Source: Podarcis melisellensis
Lineage: Eukaryota
NCBI GenBank assembly: GCA_964234715.1
Contig: OZ174280.1
Length of the DNA stretch: 64,000 nucleotides
Strand: one strand, 5' to 3'
Shown here: positions 52,623 to 64,000 of the stretch, in pieces
Position numbering within the stretch: position 1 is the stretch's first letter
Layout: each line of letters begins with the position of its first letter
Translations under genes and position numbers: made by a program
Notes under the pieces: model-generated
What the model was told of the DNA's origin: nothing
What the model saw: the letters and a program-made list of their open reading frames with translations, nothing else
Database searches by the model: none

Positions 52623-52935
52623 CTAGTTTCAGATCAAAGAAAAAACAAACAAACCAGCATTGAAGCAACATTTAGGAAGAAAAGCCATCACAAATCTATT
52701 GGTATTCCTTAATCCGAATACCCTGAGGACTTGCTTTATATATGTTAGCACTAATTGAACTGTATCTGACCATTTACACAGATCTTTCATTCATTCAACA
52801 GCTGGCTTCTGTTCAAAGAACTGTCAAAGCAGTGAATAATCCTACAGTGTGTTAACACATTTGAATTTTAAAACTTACTAACATGTACTATTATATGTGC
52901 AACTTGTCACGAACGTTCATAACTCTCTAAGTATC

Positions 52936-53369
52936 TGTAATGGTTCTAGGGGTTGCTCGTGTGTAAGTTGTCGCCACTCCTGGCTAGGTTACCTGGGTGA
53001 ACCCTTTCTGTCTGGACAGCCTTTCACCCGTGGCTGTCTCAATCACTGGCAGAATCCGTCAGTGGGCGTTTCTTGAACTTCTTCCAGCAAAGAAGTTCTT
53101 TGACGCCTAGTCTCCTCCTACTCTCCCTGCGCGGAAGTCTTCTGCGCAGGGAGGGTGTGGGCAGTGGAGGACCTGTGCTCTCCCCGCTGGTCTCCGGTGA
53201 GGAGTCCTGTAGCCCCCTCGCCAATTCCCCCATCTGCCCCCCTTCTCCACTGGTGCTCCGCTGATTTCCTTCCCCAGCAGAAGGGCTGCCTGTCTTCCTA
53301 CTGGGACCCTCTCCGGCATCCCTCTGGAGCCTTCCCTCTGCCTCTGGCTCCGATGGCAGCTCCCTGACA
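52936..53369 (-). mobile_element. Solo LTR copy A (434 bp) carrying an open reading frame
   Basis: Minus strand TGTCAGGGAGCTGCCATC...ACCATTACA; perfect TSD GTATC (52931-52935 / 53370-53374); strand given is that of the ORF. Confidence 0.9.
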
Positions 53370-53512
53370 GTATCCTTTACCAAAATCCATGCAAAAGTGA
53401 CCAAAGCAAAAGAACCCCTCTAATATGTGGATATCTCTATCTAACAGTCCAAGAAAAACAATTCCGCACAGCACCATCTAAAATTTGTTTTTCACTGCCT
53501 ATGTAAGACACC

Positions 53513-53923
53513 TGTCAGGGAACTGCCATCAGAGCAAGAAACGGAGGAAGGGCTCCTGAGCGATGCCGGAGAGGGGACTAGCAGGGGGGAAGGATTTCAG
53601 CGTAACACCCATAGAGAAGAGAGGGAGATGGAGGAATTGGTGACAGGGCTCCAAGACCCTTCACCCGAAACTAGTGGAGAGAGCGCTGGGACGCCCCTGC
53701 CTTCCCCTTACTTGCGCAGACACGTTCCACGCAGAGAACATAGGAGGAGACTCGGGGTCAAACAGCTTTTATGCTGGAAGAGGTTCAAGAGACGCCCACT
53801 CTCGGATTCTGCAAGTGACTAACAGGTCACGGAGGGCGAGCTCTGACCCTAAGCATGGTTGGGCAAGCAAACTAACTAAACTGAAGGCAATTTACGCACA
53901 AGTAACCCCTCACAACCATTACA
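53513..53923 (+). mobile_element. Solo LTR copy B (411 bp), same family, opposite orientation
   Basis: TGTCAGGGAACTGCCATC...ACCATTACA; perfect TSD ACACC (53508-53512 / 53924-53928). Confidence 0.9.
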
Positions 53924-54262
53924 ACACCCATTCCACTATTAAGAGACAGGCACCTAAAATGATGCCCATGACAGGAAAACATCCTACTTTGTAGCCCATC
54001 CTCAAATGTAACAATTAAATCAAAAGACATTTTTATGAAAACATTTTGAAATCCATTTGCAAAAACCAAAACAAGCTACCCTGAAGGAAAACACAAAACA
54101 TTAGTAGCCAACAAACATTAGTTACATTTGGGTATAGCTTTTGCATATGCCTGTTGCTTCCAACCCAGTTCCACGAATATTTAAGATTTCTATTATAACT
54201 AGACAAGATTAGACTTCTTTAGGTATTTATAGGCAAGAAGCAAATGTATTTACAATTATTAC

Positions 54263-54320
54263 CTTCTGCAGACAGGTCAAATCTGAATCTCTATGGAATA
54301 TTTTATCCATGGGCACCCAG
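54263..54320 (-). CDS. MYSM1: MYSM1 exon ([19 protein letters not shown])
   Basis: 58 bp, CAACAG| ... AAG|GTAATA. Confidence 0.95.
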
Positions 54321-54442
54321 CTGTTGGAAAAATATGACAACACTGTATCAGTCAATATATAAAAACATTCTCTATTGAAATGCAAATACAGTAATTTGGA
54401 ACTGGCTTACTACAAGATTCTGAAATGCAAGCAGCCACACAC

Positions 54443-54548
54443 CTATGAGACATCCTGTATTTTCCAATTATCCATCGTGTTTTTTCCAGTACTAATTCCC
54501 ATTTAGGTTCTTCCAACATCTGTGCCACTTCAAACTTGTATGGCAGGC
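54443..54548 (-). CDS. MYSM1: MYSM1 exon ([34 protein letters not shown])
   Basis: 106 bp, TTGCAG| ... TAG|GTGTGT; frame consistent. Confidence 0.95.
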
Positions 54549-56363
54549 CTGCAAGCCATTAAAACATATTATGCATGGAATATTACACTTCCTACTTTTT
54601 GACATGCGTATCTTACATCCCTGGGAGGAGCAAAAATATATGCACATAAAACAGCAATGTACCATCAAGAGTGAGCCCATTTAGCCTAGTTGTAGCCTGA
54701 AGTAGCTTCAATCCCAGAATTAGGTTTAACAGCAATATTTTGTAAAGTAGAAATATTTGTTTGAATGCAAAGTAAGACTCTGATCTGAAGCACGGGCCAA
54801 CTCCTGTTCATTCAAAGTGCTCTGGACTTCTATTTCTGGTCCTGTATCACACGACAAATGTCTGTTTAAGCCAGGCTCCCCCAACTGGGTGCCCTTCATA
54901 TGTTTTGTACTATAAATTCCATTACCCCAGGGCTGATAGGAGTTGTAGTTCAACGTATCTGGAGAGCACTAGGCTGTTTCTCTCTCTCTCTTATATGCAC
55001 AACATTCTGCACATGTAAACCTTTAATGGCTTAAATTCACAATACTTCCCCCCCCCATCCCTCTTTCCACTGCAAGATAAATCTGCATTTTCATTTATTC
55101 AAACTGCAATTGTCCTCATGCTCAGGATATCTGCTAAGGAAAGTATTAATGATAATATCAAAAGAGGGATTTCAAGACCGGCTTTGTCACCAAGAGATTA
55201 AAGACTAACTTCAGCACTTTTAGATTTTCACCCTATTCCATATGATCAGATTTCTATTTTTAAAAGATTTTTTCCTCACATTTATCAAAATTGCTTTGTA
55301 AATAATATTATTTTCTAAGATTCAGGTTTAACTAGATTATTCAAATTCAGAAAAAAGTGCTTCCTATACTTACAGACCCTCAGACATTTCATGGATACTG
55401 ATGAGGTTCCCCCCCTCCCCACTTATAGGATAAGCAATAATTTGCAGCATAGAGGGAAGTTGTATACAAGTAGAAATGAGGAGCACAAGGTTAAACAGTT
55501 GGGCCAGATTAATTGTAACAGGACCTAGTGTTCAGGGAATAGTCTCAAATCTACGTGCTGCCTCCACCCCCGCCCCATGTGCATGAATTTCCTTCCCTAC
55601 CTGACCCTTCTATCTACAGGTTATCATTATTAACTCTAGTTAAAACAAACTCAGAAGTGTTCTTAATTTACCTTTCAGCATCTGGGTAGACGGGGGTTGG
55701 GGAATTTGCATGCATGAGGTGGGTGCGAGGAATTTGTGCTATCTGAACCCCTAAATCCTGACTCCATGGTTCCATCCCAACCAGGCCATGGACTGCTACA
55801 CACAGAAGGCAATATCCATCTACTGCAGAGTAGATTCACTGCAGTCAGTCAACATAAATTACTTAGATTCACTAATCTCAACAATTTCATTCTAACTAAT
55901 GTTGGGTATCGCCCAAAAACATTTCTCTTCTTAACAGAGTGATTCAAATGAATCCTTGATTTCTGATCATCTTGTGCTATTGCTATTTTCATTTATTAAA
56001 AGACACCCTTACCACAACCCCCTAAAACATGCAGTGATTGCTCTCCGTGAGGATTAACCTTATGGTCTCCGTTCCAGTAAAACACCCCCATATTATTTAC
56101 AGTGCAAATCTTATATTCCAAAAGTTTCTAATCCTAACCATGTATGCACAGAAGGAAGCCCTACTGGATCCAATGGGACTTACTTGGAAGTAACCAGGGT
56201 TAGGGCTGCAGCCTATTGTATTATATTTATTCTTTCTTTAAAATTATATATATTATTTCCCTTGTCTTACCAGTCACCGAATTTTTTCTCTTTCAAAATG
56301 TAACTTAAATGATGAGGATAGGAAGCAGATAGGCATTAGGAAATTTTTTTTAAAAGCACTTAC

Positions 56364-56496
56364 GATAGGATCCATCAGGACTGGTCTCATCACTGATTAC
56401 CAGACAAGTAATCTGGGAATGCGGAAGAGGGTTATTTCGATTATAAGGACTTATGATCACACCAACAAACATTGACCCACCTCTGGAGAAATAGCT
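56364..56496 (-). CDS. MYSM1: MYSM1 exon ([44 protein letters not shown])
   Basis: 133 bp, ACAG| ... C|GTAAGT. Confidence 0.96.
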
Positions 56497-56674
56497 CTGT
56501 ATGGAAAAATATAAAAGGGCAATAATTTTATTTTTTTAAAGTTTGTGTTTATGAAAATAATCAAGAATGCAATGCAAACTTGCTTTCTGAAAAAAACCCC
56601 GTCTTACAATTAGAAGCAGTCACTTTAAAGGGTCGATAAATTATTTGGATAGTACTTTGAAATATTACCATTTA

Positions 56675-57082
<408 letters not shown>

Positions 57083-57962
57083 CTAGGATCCAGCGTAACG
57101 TCTCAGGGTAGTCAAGGGTACCCTCATCCACAACTCCTCATCCTTGTGGTCCAGCAAGAGATAGGCTGGCATCTTCCCCCCAGAGCCTGGCTGAACTTAA
57201 ACTGGCATGGCAAGAGATTACAGTTAAGAGAGCAAAAAGGGTGATATAACTCAAACACTATCTTAAAGGCTTGTTTCCCCTCTGCTACACTTAAGCCAAG
57301 TCAGCCATATGTAGCCCTGCTCCTGAAGAGAGTTTAAATCTGGTATACTTTTCACCAGCTTCACTCACACCTTGCTTCGAACCAGCTTCTTGGGTGTAGG
57401 ATTGCTCCATTGTTCAAAAAACTAGCAGCTTCCTGGATTCCATACTGACTACAGGAAAGGTATTACAAGGATATAGTAAGATGCTTAAAGGATGCTTATA
57501 TATGGATGCTGCAAAAGCCTCTGGGGTTAATCCAGTCTACTCAAAGATGCTCCCATAAATCATAAGAAAATCCTGTTTCCCTCTAATCCCTCTGGGAGAT
57601 TAGGTACGTGAGCAGGTACTAAGATCTGTTCCTCGTAATAGGCTGGTTTAATGCCTATTGCACTAGACTAGATTAAGGCTGTTTTGTGTTTATGTTTATT
57701 ACTGCAGGTTACAAACATATTAAACCATAAATATTATAATAATGTCCCAAAGGAGCAGATAAAACCAGATAATAATAATAATAAAGTTTTTAAAAATACT
57801 GTAGTTTCAAAAAATATATATCCATAAAACTTTGGAAAAGTAGATTGGTCTTAGCTAGTGCTGAAAGGGCAATACAGTGAGCACCAGCCATTCCTCGGAG
57901 GTGAAGGGCATTCCACATTCTGGGAGCCATGTTACTGAATTTTAAACATGCATGATACTTAC

Positions 57963-58037
57963 TTCAACTATTCCATCAGTTTCAGAGTATCTTCCACCTA
58001 GCAGTCCTATTACTTCTGCCATTGAAACATGGGCATG
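57963..58037 (-). CDS. MYSM1: MYSM1 exon ([25 protein letters not shown])
   Basis: 75 bp; [11 protein letters not shown] with the catalytic Glu; TTTAG| ... |GTAAGT. Confidence 0.97.
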
Positions 58038-58874
58038 CTAAAGACATAAGAAAAAATCATTTGGATATCTTAAAGAGTTCGGTAGTGAAACCATGTATGA
58101 TAACCCCACCCACCCACACCCTGAAAGCTCTTCATACCTCTGCTTTATCACCATTAATTACACAGATGCTGCACTTAGATCCAACCCTAAACTGTGGTTT
58201 AGTGCTATGTGAATGAGCTTTATGTACTCCCTCCCTTTTCCTGGGGCTAAACCAGGTCATTACCTGGGCATTTTTGCCAGTGCTGATAAAAATCAAGCCA
58301 GTTGCTCCCATAAGGGACTTTGAAGATCAAAAATTACACAGCCATCTTTACTTAGTTAGTAGGATAAACACTAAATAGTGCCCTTGAGGCTCCAACAGTT
58401 ACTTATGGATCAACAACAGATGAAAAAAGCAAAAGTACAAATATTCCCCCATTTCAGCAAGAAAGGTATTAAAAGATAGAATTTACTTTTCCCTTGCAGG
58501 TGATTATATTAACATTCTGAGTTTCTCTTCTGGCATGACTAATCACCCATGCTCATAAGAAGCATTATACTGTTGTGCAGCAGCATCACATTTATGACAT
58601 CACATTTATTCCCATACCTAGTTACGAGATTTTCTCAGGGTTATCATCTTCTACAGAAACAAGAAATTATGGGCTGTTACTGCCATCACCCATGCCTTAG
58701 GTAAGCCAGGGGGGGAAAAAGCTTGGCCAGTTAAAGGGTGCAGATGGTATAGCAGTAGTCTCAACAGCAGGAATATGGAGGGTAATTGTGGTTTTGGTAT
58801 AGATCAAGCCTTCCCTTTGTGCTTTGAAGTGAACCAAACAAATCGGGAAAATGGGTATAAAGTATAGTTCTTAC

Positions 58875-58925
58875 CAAATCCATGATGAGAAGTGCCTCTG
58901 CAGCTACCGTTACTTGGAATGGCTC
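58875..58925 (-). CDS. MYSM1: MYSM1 exon (EPFQVTVAAEALLIMDL)
   Basis: 51 bp, TTTCAG| ... TTG|GTAAGA. Confidence 0.95.
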
Positions 58926-59005
58926 CTGAAAAGATAAAAATGATAAGGAAAGCCTGCTTAAGTAAACAAAGGTGTGCTCTTGCTTATTTATTAACTCATA
59001 CTTAC

Positions 59006-59060
59006 TGGTTTTTCTTCTGTGAAGGAACAGCAAGGGATCAGCTGAAAGGGATCAAATGAA
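59006..59060 (-). CDS. MYSM1: MYSM1 exon (SFDPFQLIPCCSFTEEKP)
   Basis: 55 bp, TTATAG| ... |GTAAGT. Confidence 0.95.
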
Positions 59061-59350
59061 CTATAAAATGAAAGAAAATTGCTCTGAAAATATAGAATTA
59101 ATAAAGGGGAAAACTCATTTTTTAAAAATCACATTTATTCTATTGTAGTTTTAATTACTATACACAAAAGTAGCAAATTGTTTGAACTTGTAGACTTATG
59201 TGGTAGTTTTTAAGAGTCACAGGAGTATCTCTGTGCTTTAGGCTCAGTGAAGTAGTACAATGTAAGTGTGCTGCTAAGCAGAAATTATACTGAAAGTAAC
59301 ATAAGCTACCTTTGCTAAAATATATTGTAGGCATATACAAAAATGTAAAC

Positions 59351-59439
59351 CTTTTGGGCTGCCTTTGTCCTTTAGATGCTTTCGGTGGTTTCAGCTTCTC
59401 CTCTTCTCTCCTCTTAGCTAGATCCTCAGCAGAAAGGTG
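59351..59439 (-). CDS. MYSM1: MYSM1 exon (HLSAEDLAKRREEEKLKPPKASKGQRQPK)
   Basis: 89 bp, TTTTTAG| ... AAG|GTTTAC. Confidence 0.92.
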
Positions 59440-60305
59440 CTAAAAACAAAACATCTTGATTAGTTAAAACAGCCTGAAGCTCCATCAGTGGGCTTAAGCA
59501 CACTGAACCTCAGTTGTCCTGAATTTAGTAGGTGCCCACAGCTGCTGTCACTGTTAAGATGGGCCTCAGGGAACCAAGACCAAAAGTAGCTCTTTTGTTT
59601 GTTTTTATAGAAAGCTGGAAGAACTTCCTTCACTTTCCCATTTACTGTTCCAAGTTCAAGCAAACTATGAAACAGCATACGATTTTGTCACTCCACCTCT
59701 AGGCAAGGGCCTTCCTTCCTACCTGCTACATGGTGCTTCTGTTAAGACCATTGTATAGCTATAGTATGTCAAACTGAAAGGTTCACCTACTTCAGCACTC
59801 AGAGTAGCCAACTAGATGTTCTAGGGAAGCTCATGAAACAGGAAAGATGGCTTCTCAGTGATATTTGATGTTAAGAAGTATGCTGGTTCAAAACACAGAA
59901 GTCCCAAACCCAAGTATTTTATCTCCTATTTACATGAAGACCTTTCATTCACGAACCTTAGATCTATTTACTTATGCTACTGCTGCAACAGTTTACTCCA
60001 CACATTACATGAAGCACATCATGCTTCTGTCTGTTTTAAACCTACAGCATATAAATTTCATGGATGACCTCTGGTTCTGAACTTTAGGTCAATGGCTCTT
60101 GAATCATGTTTTAGGACACAATAACAAAATGATCAAGGAGCTGGAGCAACTTCCCTAAGAGGAAAGGCTACAAAATGTGGAACTTTTTAGTTTTATTTTG
60201 CAATACTTTAGTATTTTTACTTAAGTTTAAATTTTTCTAAGTCGCCCTGAAACCTCAAAGGGTGGGTTACAGTCACAGCTCACATAATTAAATAAAAGCG
60301 CTTCA

Positions 60306-60482
<177 letters not shown>

Positions 60483-61223
60483 TCAAGGGCATAAACTCAG
60501 CAGTATTTGTATAAGCAATTCACATATTGTTGTGGAGTAGCAGAATGTGGATGGGCATGCTCACAATAAGCTTCTGAATACAGATCACTGGTCTACTTGG
60601 ACTGGTCTGAACCTACTTTTTGAACTTGTGTCAAGGTTAAGCCATCAGCCACCTGGGCCCATAGTGAACATTGCATTACTATACACCAAAATGATGTGGG
60701 TCAATTCCAAGTTGGCAATAGATAGTGTAGAAACGTGCTTTATAAAAATTAAAGAACCAGCACTACCATTTATTCACTCCATAAAGCACAGCATCCAATA
60801 CTTCTGCTTCTATGCACCAATCATTTGTAAGGTTTCTACTTATGGTAGAGATACTCAGTACACATAAACACACACCTTGCATATACATTTCTTTCCTATT
60901 CACTTGATTTCTTAAAAGACGGTTTATTTGGTTTCAGTCAATGAAGTGAAATGCACTGGATCCAAAGAGCCACTTTTTATGTATTTGACAAACATTCTTT
61001 CCTGAAAGCAATGTATAATTTAAAAAGCCCCATACAAAAATAGTAGTATGAGCAGAACTTCAATACATAATTTATTTAGCCCAGAAAGATCTAAGCAATG
61101 TTTGTGAGAAAAGGTACTCTATTTGGCTTCCCAATCAGCAATACTATAGTCACACACTGCAGGAATGTGATCAAAAGGCAGTAAAAGAAGAAATGTGGCA
61201 CATAAATTACATTTCCATCGTAC

Positions 61224-61327
61224 CATAGACTGTAGACGCTGCACAAGCTGATATGCTTCTATAGTGTCTTTGCCTTCTCTGGGTCGAATTTTGTCAACTT
61301 GCTGTGGTCTATTATATATCGCCTGCT
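61224..61327 (-). CDS. MYSM1: MYSM1 exon ([35 protein letters not shown])
   Basis: 104 bp, CTACAG| ... ATG|GTACGA. Confidence 0.95.
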
Positions 61328-62629
61328 CTGTAGAAATGAGCAAGAGAACTAATTCAGATGCGTAAGAAGTGAGGTACCTGGTTGTCACAACCAAATGATG
61401 GCTTTACTCTTGAATGTCTTTAGATTCTAACCACCAAGAGTTAAAGATAAATCATTTAAATTGTTCTTCACAAAATGAAAGTCATGACATGGCTAAGTAA
61501 GTGTCTCACAAACAAAACAATAATGCCACCTAATGTTTAGCCACCTGAGCCAACCAAGCCAAGGGGGCTACACAGACAACACTAGAAGGAAAATTAAGAG
61601 AAAAAAACATGAATGATATCAGGTGGTAGTGGCATTTAGGCCATATTGAACAGTACACTATTTCAGCAGGTGTCTCTTAGCTTCTATTCACTGAATATAT
61701 AGTACCGGTCCAATTATTTCTCAAAGCTTTAAAAGAAAAGAAAGAAAAGAAAGGACAAAGAGTTGTCCTTTTTTAATGTGAAAAAATATTGAATGGCTTT
61801 ATACAAAAATGAAGCTAGGCCCAAATGGTGCAGATCCCCCTTAGGGACGTTTAGTAAGTCTTTTACTGCTTGTTCAAAGTATTCAAACCAGTTTGTTTAG
61901 AAGCATTACTTAATGTGACAAGCAAACTGGGTCACATAATGGCAGAGCTTCCCCTTGCCATTCAACTATGTTCCATTCAGCTATGTTCAGTTCTTAGCTG
62001 ACCCAGTACAACTTCTTTCTGTGGTTCTTGGGGGGATCCATTTGACCATGACTGGAGGATAGGTTTGAGCTTAAAGCTTTGCTTTTTGTTCTAGCTTTCC
62101 CACAGACAAGGAACTTGAGTAAGAAAAGAGGGAAAGGAAGGGTTTCTGAAGCCTATCAGAGAGGAATGGACGCAAAAACAAAGCTACATGTAGATTCTGA
62201 GCATCTATGCAGGCAGTCAAAGGAGGTTAGCTGGCCACAGTCTGCAGCCATGGCAACAGATCTAACACTTAGGAGGACTAATCATCACCTGTCCAAGAAA
62301 GTCACGTTTCTAGACACCACTACAGCCATGGTAACCATAAGAGACTCAAAAGAACAGGAATATTAAACAGTATTCCTCCCCCCCTTCTTTTTTTACATAA
62401 GCACATTTTTTAAATCTGGTGTATAGGCTACAACGTAGAAGGACAATATTTGGGGTAAAGTGAAGTGAAGGATTGCCACAGGGCACCTTCTGGACTAACT
62501 TCTGCCTCAACCAATAACCACACTGGTCATGTTTTCCATCTCTTTCTGTTCAGAATTTTAAAATATATGTTTCTAAATGTACCCCCATATGCTTCCCATG
62601 GCCCATTTATTTTCTGATTTTAGTTTCTA

Positions 62630-62914
<285 letters not shown>

Positions 62915-63288
62915 TTACCTGGGCAATTAAGTTAGCAGCATTTGATATTTCTTGATGTATCCCATTAGTGGGAGTAGAAGGAGTCCATTAAACATGAACC
63001 ATTCCACTCATGCAGAGATTTGCCCACCTGGGTCAGAAGTAGTCTATCATGGGCTAGGCCAGAGCCTTATCTCCCAACCCCCCATGGGCCAAGTATTAAC
63101 AAGTGGGCACAGCTGCCCACCTATCCATCACCTCATGTCACATGTCCCATTTTTGACCACATGCTTTGAAATCAAACAATGAAGGTAAAGGCAATGCATT
63201 ATGTGAGCCCCGACAATCAGCTACTTTCCTTGTCTTGCTGTGTGCAGGACTCCGTTTTGGTTGAATCACATTTTTTTCATGCCTCATA

Positions 63289-63645
63289 AAGGTAAAGGTA
63301 CCCCTGCCCGTACGGGCCAGTCTTGACAGACTCTGGGGTTGTGCGCCCATCTCACTCAAGAGGCCAGGGGCCAGCGCTGTCCGGAGACACTTCCGGGTCA
63401 CGTGGCCAGCGTGACATTGCTGCTCTGGCGAGCCAGAGCCGCACACGAAAACGCCGTTTACCTTCCCGCTGGTAAGCGGTCCCTATTTATCTACTTGCAC
63501 CCGGAGGTGCTTTCGAACTGCTAGGTTGGCAGGCGCTGGGACCGAGCAGCGGGAGCGCACCCCGCCGCAGGGATTCGAACCGCCGACCTTTCGATCGGCA
63601 AGTCCTAGGCGCTGAGGCTTTAACCCACAGCGCCACCTGCGTCCC
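63289..63645 (-). mobile_element. Sauria SINE, young full-length copy
   Basis: Head GGGACGCAGGTGGCGCTGTGGG, TACCTTTACCTT tail, CpGs intact, perfect 14-bp TSD TTTCATGCCTCATA (63275-63288 / 63646-63659). Confidence 0.95.
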
Positions 63646-64000
63646 TTTCATGCCTCATACATGACATCATATATGACATCAGGTGTAGGACATGTGGATG
63701 TGGCTTGGCCAACACAGCCTTATGGGCTAAATGACAAGGGTCTGGCAGGTTCCCTACTTTGGGGGCTAAGCAACCAACACACATGTGTAATTTTGAGCTA
63801 ACCAATGACCCACCCTGGTCAAGCTCCAAAGGAGGAAGATACAATCAACCAGCTGCAATCAGTAAAGGAACTGGCTATCACTTGTCTGGAAAATGGATTG
63901 CGTAAAGGAAGGATATTAAATATCCACACTGTTGCTTTGCATACATTCCCCTTACTGTATAATTTTCCAACAGGCTTATATTGCTTACCACTGATCCAAA

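Overview
Vertebrate genomic DNA, most likely a squamate and probably a lacertid lizard (inferred from two Sauria-SINE copies and lizard-type MITEs). It covers the conserved OMA1–TACSTD2–MYSM1 block, with all three genes on the minus strand. OMA1 is complete: 8 coding exons from 26977 down to 1403 encoding 507 aa, with the HELAH zinc motif and a CpG-island promoter at about 29.3–30.2 kb. TACSTD2/Trop2 is an intronless EPCAM retrogene (41071→40145, 308 aa). The last 12 coding exons of MYSM1 are present (62876→52458; end of SWIRM, MPN/JAMM domain, LQKLL). All exon boundaries were read by hand as AG/GT and keep frame. The rest is introns and intergenic DNA with SINEs, MITEs, LINE fragments and several solo LTRs. 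The most striking observation is a pair of independently inserted, inverted solo LTRs in the last MYSM1 intron, each with its own 5-bp TSD. Both carry a homologous reading frame open from the LTR edge, and their divergence is mostly synonymous and includes an in-frame indel. This points to an LTR-encoded acidic/Ser-Pro/Arg-rich protein under purifying selection. Other leads are an AUG-UGA start-stop element just before the OMA1 start codon, a candidate alternative terminal OMA1 exon, a decayed Penelope-type hammerhead ribozyme, and a CTCF site between TACSTD2 and MYSM1. Most ORFs in the supplied track are spurious.
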